A stretch of DNA of 64,000 nucleotides from Octopus vulgaris (Eukaryota): contig OX597824.1 in NCBI GenBank assembly GCA_951406725.2, forward strand, positions 51,398,001 through 51,462,000, written 5' to 3'. Below the pieces are notes generated by a model, which worked only from the letters and a program-made list of their open reading frames with translations, did no database searches and was not told the DNA's origin. Each line of letters starts with the position of its first letter. Positions within the stretch are counted from its first letter, which is position 1. Both the position numbers and the translations under genes were made by a program. Of this stretch, positions 1-13,105 are shown in pieces.

Positions 1-215
1 TTTACCATAGCATGATCTTCTCTCTTGGTAGTTTTTCTTGGCCTACCTGTAAACTTTCTTGTTTCACACGAACCACAATCATCGTAGACCTTAAGAATAC
101 CGTGTACAACACTTTTTGACTTGTTAACAATCTTTGCAATAGATCCAATACTTAAATTATCCTTTCTTCGAAGCTTAATAATCTGCTGACGAATTGGTAA
201 CGGAGTAAGTGGCAT
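1..215 (-). CDS. Tc1 transposase N-terminal DNA-binding region (partial)
   Basis: Hand translation MPLTPLPIRQQIIKLRRKDNLSIGSIAKIVNKSKSVVHGILKVYDDCGSCETRKFTGRPRKTTKREDHAMV: HTH followed by the GRPRKTT motif typical of Tc1 transposases. Confidence 0.85.
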   Translation of the reverse strand, partial: MPLTPLPIRQQIIKLRRKDNLSIGSIAKIVNKSKSVVHGILKVYDDCGSCETRKFTGRPRKTTKREDHAMV

Positions 216-555
216 TATATTAACAAAGTACACTGCAAATATTCTTACTAATGTTTTGTAAACGAACGTGTCACGTAAACAAATCCAAAACATTAGAGTT
301 CGCCGGTTAAATATACTAAAACACGGAGTAAAAGCAACCGTTCTGATCATTTTGGCCACCATGGGTTTTGCAGTAAATCACTAAATCATCCATAACTTTT
401 GTATTATTCTCTCAAATTACACCAAAATATCAGGCAATAACAAATAATATTGTATTTATTGTCTGTGAAAATTATAAAATATAAAACAACTTTGATAAAA
501 AATTATATCTACTTTTCTGACGAAAACAATGCCGTTCTGAACATTTTGGCCGTAA

Positions 556-558
<3 letters not shown>
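1..558 (-). mobile_element. Tc1-family DNA transposon, 5' end (runs off the window edge)
   Basis: Minus-strand terminus reads TA|CAGTTACGGCCAAAATGTTCAGAACGG at 558. An inner copy of the motif (ccgttctgatcattttggcc, ~338-357) gives an IR/DR-type end. A transposase ORF starts at 215. Confidence 0.85.
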
Positions 559-596
<38 letters not shown>

Positions 597-652
597 CAGA
601 CTGTCTGTCTGTCTGTCTGTCTGTCTGCCTGCCTGTCTGTCTGTCTGTCCGC

Positions 653-694
<42 letters not shown>

Positions 695-728
695 GTGTAT
701 CTGTCTACCTACCTATCTATCTATCTAT
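559..728. repeat. Compound microsatellite (TA)n-(CTGT)n-(CTAT)n
   Basis: Directly visible. Confidence 0.95.
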
Positions 729-779
729 CAAAAGGAAAGCTTCAGTTAAATAGATTCTAGCTTTGCAGGCTTGCAGACA

Positions 780-1860
780 CAATAAAAAAAGCAACAATGC
801 AACAAATGCTGAAAAAAATGTGCAAGAAGTGTATGGGGAAATTGTTTTGAATACACACAAGTGTTAGCGACGGTTCCATAAATTTTGGCAAGGGGACTTT
901 AGCATGGATGATGTCCACAGCTCTGGGTGCCCTTTCTCTTTTGCTAATGAGATGTTGAAAGCCGCTACTGGGAGAAATACGTATGCAACTGTTGAAGAGT
1001 TAGCAGAAGAGGTTATTTCATCATCATCAATTGTCTATTACCATTTGCAAGAAGTTGGAATCGTGTCTAAGCTTGGCAAGTGGGTTCCACATGAACTGAG
1101 TGAAAACAATCGAAGAGACTGTGTCAATATCTGCACTGCTCTTTATTCAAGAGAGAAAAAAATCTCCAATTTTTTAACTGCTTAGTGACCAGTGATGAAA
1201 ATTAGGTACTCTATAAGAATGCTAAGTGCCAATGTTAATGAGTTCAACCAAGACAACAAACAAGACTCCATCCAAAACAAGATCATCTTTGGGAAAGTTT
1301 TGTTAAGCATTTGGTGGGACATGTTTGGTGTAATTCACTTTAAAACCTTGCCACAAAACTAGACAATTACAGCTCAAGTGTACTGTGAACAAATTGATAG
1401 ATTGAATGAAAAACATACAGAAAAAAGGTGCTCTCTAGTCAATCGAAAGGGTTTCATTTTCCATCATGACAATGCCAAACCTCATAGTACAAGAATCACA
1501 TGTCTAAGATTGAGGAGCTAGGATGGGAAAGACTTCTACATCCTCTGTATTCTCCTGACCTTGCTCCTTTGGATTATCATTTATTCAGAAGCTTGCAAAA
1601 ATTTATCGATAGAAAAGAATATATTTCCTTAGAGGCACTTGAAACAAGCCTTCAAGAGTTTTTCTCTTCCAAGCAAGCTGGCTTCCATAGGATTGGTATG
1701 AAAAACCTTTTACAGCGCTGGAAGAATTTTATTGATTCAGGTGGGGAATATATAGTTGATTAAATTGGTACCTTACTTGCTTTTTTATTTCTTCCAAGCT
1801 TACCACACACACACACACACACAAAAACAAAACGACGTTACTTATGGGTTGATCTGATGT
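780..1860 (+). mobile_element. Degenerate mariner transposon (transposase pseudogene plus right TIR)
   Basis: ORF fragments 904-1185 (KWVPHELS) and 1500-1763 (YSPDLAPLDYHLFRSL), plus HHDNAKPH at ~1461; several stops and frameshifts. TIR-like end acgacgttacttatgggttgatctgat at ~1832-1858. Confidence 0.9.
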
Positions 1861-1978
1861 ATTATGTGGTAAGGCTCCAACAAGTAGAACAGCACTCGAT
1901 CAGCTAAGAGAGTAAAGATAACGTTATAAAAACTACGAGGATATGTAATCATCTCAGTTGCACTGGTTTAATATCCTA

Positions 1979-2049
<71 letters not shown>

Positions 2050-2216
2050 GTGTGTGTGTATTTATCAATTTATTTATTTTTTAAATTGTGCTCGGGAATA
2101 TAAAACTTATTAAACTCTTCATGTGATTTATATCTTAGCGCTAACTTATAAAGTCTATTATAGAAAGCAAAACATTTGAATCCGAGTTAACAACTGACGA
2201 TTTATATATATATATA

Positions 2217-4560
2217 TCACTTTGATCACCTTGACCGACCAGTCCGCCAGGCGTCCATTTGACACCGCTGGTCACAGCACGCTGTCCACTCCTCTCTGGA
2301 TCGCGCCTTTCTCATCCACGTGATCCCAATCGTCCTCTTGAAATCGTCACTCCACCGTCGTGGAGGTCTTCCGGGTGGTCTTTTCCGCTCACGCGGGTTC
2401 CACTCGACAACTGCGTGCGTCCACCGATTATCGGTGAGCCGGGTGACGTGTCCAGCCCATCTATACTTGCTGCGAGTATACTCTGCGTTGACATCTCTCA
2501 CGCCGGACGTCTTTCTGATGATCTTGTTATTTATGTGCTCTCTCAACGAGATACCAAGCATTGACCTTTCCATGGCTCTTCGAGCCGTTACCAGTCTTTG
2601 CTCTTCTCTCTTTGTGGTAGCCCATATTTCACTACCATATAACATTGCAGGCAGAACTGCACTGTTAATGAGGTTGGCGCGGGTGGTCCTGTCCAACCTT
2701 CCCTTGAGCACATCCCTTATGCCATTGAACGCCTTCCATCCGGCCCTTACTCTCCATGAGATCTCCTTTTTGATATCCCGGCACATATTTACTTCCTGTC
2801 CCAGGTAGACATATTCTCTCACCTCCTCTATTTCATCACTGCCGATCACCATTCGACCTGTTGGTACGTTGTCTGACCGCATGAACTTTGTTTTCATGCG
2901 GTTCATCTTGAGACCTACTGCAAAACTTTTGATGTCGAGCTCCGTCAGCATGGTCTGAAGCTGATCCATGTTTTCAGCGATGAGTACGATGTCGTCAGCG
3001 AAACGGAGGTGAGTGAGGAGCTCGCCATTGATGTTGACACCACCTTGCCATTCGATGCCTCTGATGATCTGTTCGAGACATGCAGTGAAAAGTTTTGGGG
3101 AGATTGTATCTCCTTGCTTCACTCCCTTCTCGACCGGCACTCGTATGGGTGATGACAGTAGATCCATGTCGGTGGTGCATCCGGAATTTGCCTCTCTGAG
3201 CAGTTGCACATATTGCGCTTCGATTCCTTGCCTCTGCAGCGAGTTCAGCACTGCGTTGGTTTCGACGCTATCGAAGGCCTTCTCATAATCTATAAACGCA
3301 ATACAAAGAGGCAGCTTGTACTCATTTGCTCGCTCAAGCAGTTCGCGTTAGAGCAAATATATGGTCCATTGTGCTGTAGTTCTTCCGGAAGCCTGCTTGC
3401 TCCCTCGGTTGTTGTTCGTCGAGACGACGTGACAACCTGTTCAGAATTATCTTCGTGAACAGCTTGTACACGTGAGACAGCAGGCATATGGGTCGGTAGT
3501 TCTTTAGATCTTCTCTGTCGCCCTTCTTATACAGCAGGATGGTATTTGACTCTTTCCACTGCGAGGGAATTCTTCCCTCGTCTAGATAGTGCGTAAATCG
3601 CTCAGCGAGGATTTTCCAGAGCTGCTCTCTGCCTGACTTTAGTACCTCCGATGTTATACCGACTTTCCCTGGAGCCTTTCCGTTTTTCATCGAGCCGATG
3701 GCTCTTTCAACCTCACTGACAAGGAATAGGTGGCACGTTTTCTTCCTGTTGGAGTGGTGGTAACGGCTGGACATTTCTGGTAGACTTAAAGAGCTTGGTG
3801 TAGAAGTCTTCACAAACTTTTTCCATCTCGCTCTTCTCGTTGACTGGTATTCCATCTGTATTTTTCAGGGCCGTCACCTCCGATCTATATAGTACCATGT
3901 CCCTCTTGCATTTCTTGAGGCTTTTCTTTTCCTCTGCGGCCTTCAAGAGCTTCTCTATCCAGTATGCCTCAAAGTCTTTCTTTAGTTGCTGACGAATCAC
4001 TCTGCTGAGAATGGAATATTCAAGGTGATCTTCAATAGTCCTCTTCATATTTTTCCTCTTCTCGAGTAACTTCGTAGTTTCTTCCGAGATTCTTCCCTTC
4101 TTTTCTCTTGGGCATACACCCTTAGCCTTCCTTAAACACTCCTTCAGTTTCCCTATCAGTGAGTTGTAGTCATCGTCTATGTCGTCTCCTTAGCACCAGT
4201 CTTCCTGCATGATGGCTTCCTGCAGCTTTGCCTCGTTGTAGACTCGGACACGTTTTCCCTTCGACGCCAAATATAACGCCATCTTCTCCCTCTTCTCGTC
4301 GATGACGACCCTGGCCCTTACCAGACGATGATCGCTGCCGGTGTTGAATGGCGTCACGACGGAGACGTCATGCAATATGCGTCGCTTATCAACCAGGATG
4401 TAGTCGATCTCGCTTCGGTGCTTAGAGTTCGGCGATATCCAAGTCCATCTCTTCCTCTCCCTCTTCCTGAATAGGCTGTTTCCGATGTAGAGCTGCCTCG
4501 CCTCTGCCATGGTAGCCAAACGTTCTCCTCTCTCGTTTCTCTCTCCCATGCCAAATGCCA
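2217..4560 (-). mobile_element. RTE-clade LINE, 5'-truncated and frameshifted (APE endonuclease C-terminus + RT)
   Basis: Endonuclease motifs WTWISPN, EIDYIL, SDHRLV (4190-4560). RT motifs KAPG, NYRPICLLS, EQAGFR, GVKQGDTISPKLF, LRFADD, YVYLG, LYGSEIW, RWAGHV, WNPRERKRPPGRPPRRWSDD. Very short 3' end with tcaaggtga/tcaaagtga repeats. Both ends abut (TA)n. Confidence 0.95.
2226..3251 (-). CDS. RTE reverse transcriptase, C-terminal part (fragment of a disrupted ORF)
   Basis: 341-aa ORF with QGD..SP and FADD motifs. Confidence 0.9.
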   Translation of the reverse strand: MLNSLQRQGIEAQYVQLLREANSGCTTDMDLLSSPIRVPVEKGVKQGDTISPKLFTACLEQIIRGIEWQGGVNINGELLTHLRFADDIVLIAENMDQLQTMLTELDIKSFAVGLKMNRMKTKFMRSDNVPTGRMVIGSDEIEEVREYVYLGQEVNMCRDIKKEISWRVRAGWKAFNGIRDVLKGRLDRTTRANLINSAVLPAMLYGSEIWATTKREEQRLVTARRAMERSMLGISLREHINNKIIRKTSGVRDVNAEYTRSKYRWAGHVTRLTDNRWTHAVVEWNPRERKRPPGRPPRRWSDDFKRTIGITWMRKARSREEWTACCDQRCQMDAWRTGRSR

Positions 4561-4587
4561 AATATATATATATATATATAAATGCCA

Positions 4588-4693
<106 letters not shown>

Positions 4694-4909
4694 CATGCCC
4701 ACAAATACATACATATTATATACATACATATAAACGTCCAGCGCATAATATAATAGACATCAACAATGCGTGAGCTGAGCATTTCGTTTTATTGCATGAT
4801 TCTGAAATTGTTTAATCGACATTTTAATTTCTGCAATATTATTGCATAATATACAAAAATATGAAACGATCTCCAAGGTTAAAACCCAAATGGACTCGAT
4901 ACAATATTG

Positions 4910-5123
4910 ATTTCTAATTTTGGCACAATATCAACAATTTGGGGAGTTGGTTAAGTCGATTACATCGACCTCAGTGCCCTGCTGCTATTCATCTTATCGA
5001 CCCCGAAAGAATGAAAGGAAAAGTCAACCTCGGTGGAATTTGAATTCAGAACGTAGAGGCAGTCGGATTGCCGCTAAGCATTTTGTCCAGCGTGCTAACG
5101 ATTCTGTCAGCTTGCTGCCTTAT
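4910..5123 (-). mobile_element. tRNA-derived SINE, 'family B'
   Basis: Reverse complement has a tRNA-like head (gctgacagaatcgttagc...gaattcaaattcc) and the body gaggttgactt..ctttcattctttcggggtcgataa that recurs at 11175-13360, 14010, 42283 and 59000. Confidence 0.8.
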
Positions 5124-5659
5124 CGGTATAATATTGACTACACTTTAGTATCTGGACCTAATCACACATACATAGATACATACACATACACACACATACA
5201 TACACCCATATGAATGGTATATAATATATATCTCAATCATTTATCGTTTAACTGCATCAGTCATTTGACTGCGAATATGCTGGGGTACCGCCTTGAGGTG
5301 TTTTAGCTAAAAGAATCAATTCCAGTGCTTATCTTTTAAAAGTTGGGTGCTTATTCTATCGGTCTATTACGAGGACAGAAACCAAGACCGGCTGTCAGGC
5401 GGTGGTGGGGGACAAACATGAACACAAAAGCACACACAAACATACATACATACATAATACACACACACACACACATATCAGTATATATATTTATATTATT
5501 GTGTCTGGTGAGAGTCATTCTGTTTTAATACCTTATTAATTAGCACACTCACCGGTTCGATTTCCACTCATTTACTTATTTATCATTTTCTAAAATTGTC
5601 GTTACTTCTTGCAACCTCTTCAACGACAATTGAAGAGGCCACAATATATATATATGTAT

Positions 5660-5706
<47 letters not shown>

Positions 5707-5806
5707 CGACGGGATTCCTTCAGTTTCCGCAAACCAGATCCACTCATAAGACTTTGGTCGGCCAAGGACTTTCGACAAAGACACGTCTTGAAGCTGCCAC
5801 GCAGTG

Positions 5807-5985
<179 letters not shown>

Positions 5986-6261
5986 TGCAAAGGTAAGATC
6001 CAAGGATCAAGGTTATTGGAAATTAGTAAGCTTCAAGCAGTCCGTAGAAGATATACTACTTCGGAGATTCCGCTAGCTATGAAACATATGTGCCTGGATT
6101 TTATCTACTCCATTCCCTAATTTCGGATATACATATATATAAAGAGAGAAAGAGAGAGAATTCTGACAAGCCAAGTCACTAAACTTTCTTTCAAGATATT
6201 CTGCAAATTTCACAGTAAACAGATATATAGACGTTGAGTGGTAGGTTGTACTTCCTACATA

Positions 6262-6317
<56 letters not shown>

Positions 6318-6659
6318 GTCGATCATGTAACATAGTGAAGTTGTGACGAGATCTAATGAATAATTGTGGGCATACGGTATAATATTGTTATCTAAACAGA
6401 AGCTTAAAAGAAAAAGTTTAATATAGTAAGTACAGTATTCTATGGTGTAATAAGTGCGGTGGTTCCTTTGGAATTGACCTTTTCAGCAAACTTTAGTCTT
6501 GTTGTTTGGTAACTCTTGGATATAGGTAAGGCTACGATAATAGTGGTGTTGTTTTTAGTATTGTTGTTTCTGTTGTTATTGATGTTGCTACTGTTATGAT
6601 AGGAGAAAAATTTTCATTTACTATTGTTGCTATTATTCGTGTGTTAGCTATTGTTGCTA

Positions 6660-7579
6660 TTATTCGTGTGTGTGTGTGTGTGTGTGTGTGTGCGTTTGTG
6701 TGTGTGCGTTTGTGTGTGTGTGTGTGTGCGTGCGTGTGTGAGTATGTGTGTGTGTGTGAGAGGGTGTGTGTGTGTGTCTGTGCCTGTGTGCGTCTGTGTG
6801 TCCGTGTGTTGCTTTATTATTTTTTCCTTTCAGTATATTTATTTTTGTCAATTATGTTTGAATTGGCTGCTTTTCATTTATTTATTTACTTAGTTTTTAG
6901 AGGCTGTTGTTCATGTTCATGTTGTTGTTGTTGTTGTTGTTGCTGCTGCTGCTGCTGCTATTTTATTTCTTCTATCTTTTCGAAATATTTCATGCAAAAT
7001 TCTTCAATTGCCTCAAGAGGCAGAGGCAATATTGCAGGTCTTCTGAAAATAAGACTTGACATCATCAAAGAGATAGAGCCTGGCTAACTTCCGACCAATT
7101 CCAGGAAACGAAGGACTCAATGGACCCATCCGTAGTCCTTCACCCCCTACAACTAACCCACCACCACCACCACCACCGCTGCCGCTGCCACCACCACCGC
7201 TGCCACCACTACTGCCGCTACCGCCGCCACCATTGTACATCCTATTTCCTACTTTAAATGGAAGACAAGTCTTTTCAAACAGCAACACTTCAAACCATTT
7301 CTTCCTCCTCTTTTAATTCTTTCTTCATTTCTTTCTTTCCTTCATTCTTTGTTTCTTCTTCCATTTCTCCTCCTTTTCCTCTTCCTTCTGTTTTATCTCA
7401 GAAGTTTTCTTTTCTTCATCCTTTATCTCTTTTTTCATATTCTTTTTTTTTCGGGTCTTCTCTTTCTTTTTTCTTTTACCTTCATCTAACATTCCATCTC
7501 TGTTACAGCTCTGTTCTTTCTTGGCCAGATTCTTCTTCTTCTTCTTCTTCTTCTTCTTCTTCTTCTTCTTCTTCTTCTT

Positions 7580-7612
<33 letters not shown>

Positions 7613-7613
7613 A

Positions 7614-7650
<37 letters not shown>

Positions 7651-7925
7651 CGTTACTACTACTACTGCTGCTGCTGCTGTTACTACTACTACTACTACCA
7701 CTATTACTACTACTACTACTACTACTACTGTTTCTGAACTAATATTGTTCTTATTTACATGTTGGTGGTGGTGGTGGGGTCTGCGTGAGGGACGGGAATA
7801 GGTGGTAGTGATGATGATGCTATTGACCTTTTGATTTTCATTGTTATTGTTACTACTTGTGGTATTATTGTTGTTGCTGTTGTTGTTGTTGTTGCTGCTG
7901 CTGCTGTTGTTGTTGTTGTTGTAAA
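6660..7925. repeat. Cluster of di- and trinucleotide microsatellites (GT, GTT, GCT, CCA/CCG, TTC, TAC)
   Basis: Directly visible. Confidence 0.9.
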
Positions 7926-8413
7926 CGCAATTGACTTTTGGAGTCGCTTTATAATTAAGATATTTCATTCGACTTTTTCAGTTGACGACTCTCACTTGCA
8001 ATATCTTCTTAATCTGAATCTGAAATTAAGTAAAATCACACGATTTGGATGGCCGCTAACTCTTTGAATTCATTCGTTCTTTGATGAGTTTTGGTGGGGT
8101 GTCCCCTTTCTTTTTCTACAAGGGGTCCAAATTAGTCATCCCCACTTCAACAAAGAAATGTGGGATTGTTGCCGATTTAGCCGCCGACGAACCGACCATG
8201 CAACATGTTTTAGTTGGCTACGTGCTTTGGAATTAGACAGTAAGGTCGATTTTTAAATAATGTCGCCACCCACGTCAAGTAATAAAGCAAAGAGAAAAAG
8301 TGATTTCTCCTTTCTTGGGGCCTACCCCTTACACCAGAGCAAATAATGTTGAACAAGACAAAACAGCTGCCAAACAAAGATAAAAAGCAAAAATAATTAA
8401 TTAAAAATATATT

Positions 8414-8840
8414 ACAGGCGTGGATGTGTGGTAAGAAGTTTGCTTCCTAACCACATGCTTCTAGGTTCAGCCTCGCCGCGTGGCACCTTGGGCAGGTATC
8501 TTCTGCTAGAGCCCCGGGCCTATCAAAGCCTAGTGAGTGGATTTCGTAGATGGAAATTGTAAGAAGCACGTCATATATTTATATATTGTGCTTGTATATG
8601 TGTATGTGTGTGTGTGTATGAGTTGTGTGTGTGTGTGTGTGTCTTTGCATCTGTGTTTTTCCACCACCACTACCGCTTGGCAATCGGTGTTGGTGTGTCG
8701 ACGTCCTCGTAACTTAGCGATAGAATAAGTACCAGGCTTTAAAAAAAGTACTAGAGTCGATTTGTTCGACTAAAAATTCTTCAAGGCGGTGCTCCAGTAT
8801 GGCCGTAATCTAATACCTGAAACAAATAAAAGATAAAAGA
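8414..8840 (+). mobile_element. tRNA-derived SINE family A, near full length
   Basis: A/B-box-like head (tggatgtgtggtaag...ggttcagcctc), CORE-like tggcaccttgggcagg, internal (GT)n, 3' tail gaaacaaataaaagataaaaga. Homologous copies at 17575, 25130, 28090, 31320, 44460, 56590 and 57100. Confidence 0.85.
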
Positions 8841-9122
8841 GCACACAAACAACAGGTAATTTTTAATATAATGATTTCCATAATTTTGTTAATGATAACA
8901 ATTCAAGATTGTTTAGTTGACTGTCAGACGCTCACATTTCTCTATTGATGCGCCAACCCTTGCATTCTACACGGGACCTTGCAGTAGCAAAAATCAGACT
9001 CCAGATATCGCCAGAGATTATCTTTAGAATAGTATGCTCCGGGGTTTATTAAGAACTTTCAGAAATACCTAATCAATCTAGCAGTGCTACTGGAATTTAT
9101 TGCTGGTTTGCGATTAATTCTA

Positions 9123-10458
9123 CAGGGCGTCTCGCTACCAAAAAAATGTACTCACATTTTGACTCCCCATAACTCGCTGAATTTTTCATTTCTTTTCGGA
9201 TCAATTTGACCCTAATAATAGCAGAAGTACGACTAAGGCTTGATGAAAGAAAATTTATCATAAAGTGTTACTGGAAGCACGAAAATATTATGGAAGTACA
9301 AAGACAATTTACAGGACATTTTCACTAAGATCCACCTACGCAACGCACCAATATTCGCATACGGGATAAGTTTGAATCGGATGGAACTGAGCATAACGTC
9401 CATTAGGATCGTTCAGGAAGACCACGGTCATCAACCAGACTTGCAAAGGAAGAACAATTGCTGGAAATTTTCCGGTAATCCCCACAGAAATCTGTACGAC
9501 AAACGGCTCGCGAGACAGGAATCCCCAAATCAAGCGCCCATCTTCTAAAGCAAGTTGGTTGGAAATGTTACACACCAACATTAATCCACGCTCTAAATGA
9601 AGACAATTCTGACCGGAGAGTTGAATTTTGTGAGTAGTACCTGGGTAAATGCGAGGAAAATGCAGAAGTTGCATCCAAAATTGTTTGGACTGATGAGGCC
9701 AGTTTTAAGTTAAATGGCTCGATTAACCGACACAGTTGCACCTACAAGGCTCCTGAAAATCCGCATGTTACTATGGAACACCATTTGAACTTACCAGGTG
9801 TTACAGTGTGGTGTGGGATATCATCATTGGGTATCATGGGGCCATTCTTTTTTTACCAAACTGTCACTGGAGATGCTTACCTAAACATGTTACAGGAATC
9901 CGTCATTGCACATGTCGAAGAATTGTTTGTTGACGAAGAGGTTTACTTTCAGCCAGGTGAAGAACTGCCCCATAACAATCGTGATGTAAGGACCTATCTC
10001 AATGCAACTTTTCCGAACAGATGTATTGGGCGAAGAAGTAGTGTTTAATTCCCTGCGCGTTCACCACACCTCAATCCAATGGACTTCTTTTTATGGTGAT
10101 ATCTTAAAGATAAGGTTTACCGCTCAAAACCAGTAACAGTCGATGAGCTGAGAGGAAATTGAAGGACAATGTCTCACAGTTCCAAATAAAATGATTCAGA
10201 ATGTTTTTGAATCCATTGGTCTGCAGTATCGGCTGTGTTTGGAGAGCGGTGGTCGTCAGTTTGAACAGTTATAAAAATGCATTTATTCATTTTGCGTTTA
10301 ACCATTGTCAATAAACAATGTATTTATTGTCATTTAAAGAGTGAGTGCGTTTCTTGACCATGTATTTGTAAATTTGAACCATTAATCATGTTTTTAAATC
10401 AATAAACACTGAATTAATTATCATTTAAAGTGTGAGTACTTTTTGGGGGGACACTCTG
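9123..10458 (+). mobile_element. Full-length degenerate Tc1/mariner-superfamily transposon of the DD41D (rosa/Visitor) type
   Basis: TA-flanked TIRs (cagggcgtct..aaaatgtactcacattt / aagtgtgagtactttttggggggacactctg). Transposase remnants [26 protein letters not shown] and FPARSPHLNPMDFFLW. Exactly 41 residues separate the (mutated) second catalytic position from the third Asp. Confidence 0.85.
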
Positions 10459-11174
10459 TATAGATATGGAGATGTCTGTAGAATGTTTCGTATCCTATCT
10501 AAGTCGTACGGAGAGAGACAAAATTTATCTGTGTGCCCTCGTTTTGTACATAAACATTGCTAAGATGCGGAGTTATGTTCAACAAATGTCAAGGAGCTGG
10601 CTATGTGCCGAGTCCATCGTTTGGACGGACTTGGCAGATAGCCGCCCATCACCTTCCTTTAGTCGAGAAGGCTGGACAATTTTCTCTGAATGCCTTCTGA
10701 TTACGGCGGAAAAAGTTATATAACGACAAAATTGACCTGACTGAGAAGAATGTTTTTCTCATTGACCAATCTTCCATCAGTTTCTTCAGTTTTTCTTGGA
10801 GAGGAAAGTGACGGTGGAGAGGAAGGTAACTCCCACCAGCCAACTTGTTGACAAGTGTATAAAATTAGTGGGTATGGCCCGAGTAAATATTTTCTGATCT
10901 ACTCTCTGTCTGCAGGTCAGAAAACCAAGCTATAAGATGATATTTACCTTTGAAATTAAAAGACGTTCAAAATAAGTAGATTTCGCCGAATAGGCCCAAA
11001 GGGCTCTTCACCCTATTGAAATATTTCATTCACCATTTGGTTATTTTTCGTACATGTCTTTTTCTCATTATCTTCGCCATGTAAATCTTCGACGTTTTAG
11101 CATTTGTAATGTCCTCTTCATCCGGTGTGCTTGTGGCAGTTAAAAGCAAAAAATAAATAAATAAAAAAGAAACG

Positions 11175-11566
11175 GATTGACAGAATCGTTGGTGAGTTTC
11201 TTCTGAGCTTTTGTTCTGGGTTCAAATTCTGCCGAGGTCACCTTTGTCTTTCATCCTTTTGAGGTCGATAAAGTAAATGTAATGAAGTCCCGCGGTCGAT
11301 GTTATGGGCTTATCCCTTCGCCCAGAATTGTTGGTCATGTGCTTAAATTAGAAACCATTATTGAGCAGGCAGAACCGTTAGCAGACCGGACAAGATACTT
11401 CACGGTATGTCGTCCGTCTTTAAGTTCTGGGTTCAAATTCCGCCGAGGTCGACTTTGCCTTTTATCCTTTCACGGGCGATAAAATAAGTATCAGTTGAGT
11501 ACTGGGATCGAAGTAATCGATTTACCGCTTCCCCAGAATTGCTGGCCTTGTGCCAAATTTCGAAAC

Positions 11567-11621
<55 letters not shown>

Positions 11622-12728
11622 CATTTGACAGTTACAGGCAAATTTCTACTGCATCACCTGCTATGCTACCGTGTTGCTGAGGTGTGTGCAGCATTCCGTG
11701 TTCTTTTGTGTTGTTGGGGGAGTGCAAACTCTTCACGGTATTGTGTTGCATCCGTTTCTTTTGTTATGGGGTTTAGTTGCAGTCTTTTGTTGTATTAGTG
11801 TTTGTACAGTATGTTGTATGTGTAATGCGGGTTGTGTTCTACTGTTGGGCATCCGACCTCTAGAGTGCATGTTGAAGGGGTTGCTTATTCTATTGGATAT
11901 TTACTGTATAGAGTGTGCTCGTGGATAGTTTTATTAGGGTTTTACAATTGAATTGATAGTGTCTTGCGTAAGATGTGGGCTGTTCCTTGAAACCATTATT
12001 ATTATTCCTTTCGGGTCGATAAAATAGCTATTAGTTGAGCAAAGGGGCCGATGCAATCGAATTGCCCCCTCTCTCGAATTTGCTGGCCTTGTTCTAAACT
12101 TTGAAACCAGTATCATTATTATCATCATCATAATCATCATCATCATCATCATCATCATCATTATCATCACCATTAATTATTAATGCCGCGAGCGGGCAGA
12201 ATCGTTAGCCCACTGGGAAAAATGCTTAGCGGCGTTTCGTCCGACTTTACATTCTGAGTTGAAATTCCACTGCAATCGTCTTTACCCCTCAACCTTTCGG
12301 GGTCCATAAAATAAGTATCAGCTTAACACTAGGATCGATGTAATCGATTAACCCCCCCCCCCCCGCCAAATTTCAGGCCTTGTGTCTACAGTACTATAGT
12401 AGGAAGTATTACTATTAATTTTGCTTTAATTTATAAGAACTGCACCCAAGTTTCAATCAGAAACTTCAAGGGACAATAAGGTTTTGCATCTGAAGATGCT
12501 AACAAGATGCCATACAGGTGAAAAAGCTGATTTCTGTGGGAGAGAAAAACACTGATTGAGCAGGGCTACATTTACATGCAGAGGAATTTATGTAGAATAT
12601 GTGAGGTATCCATATGTGTGATCTTTTGTAATTCTCTTATTTAAGAGGCAGCCAGGGATTTAGTCTACATATATCTTTGCTCCTCTTAATGCCATTCTTA
12701 TTGCCTCATCATTATCATCATCATCATA

Positions 12729-12778
<50 letters not shown>

Positions 12779-13052
12779 CATTATTATTATTATGAGCTGG
12801 CAGAATTGTTAGCATGCTCAGTGGTATTTCGTCTGGCAATGCATTCTGAGTTCAAATTCCGCCGAGGTCGACTTTGCCTTTCATTCTTTCGGGGTCGATA
12901 AATAAAGTACCAGTTACGCACTGGGGTCGATATAATCGACTCAATCTCTTTGTCTGTTCTGTTTGTCCCCTCTATGTTTAGCCCCTTGTGGGCAATAAAG
13001 AAATATAAATCTTTGCTCCTCTAAATGCCATTCTTATTGCCTCATCATCATC

Positions 13053-13105
<53 letters not shown>

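Noticed and set aside
2259-3487. Antisense and alternative-frame ORFs overlapping the RTE element
   Set aside because: Shadow ORFs of a GC-richer coding sequence.
8414-8490. tRNA genes at SINE heads (also 28090, 44868, 51030)
   Set aside because: A/B-box remnants continue into SINE bodies and do not fold into complete cloverleaves.
10466-10900. Possible piggyBac C-terminal remnant (also 12440-12620, ..LCRICEVSIC)
   Set aside because: Similarity is spread over several frames, and no TTAA/TIR or catalytic motifs were found.
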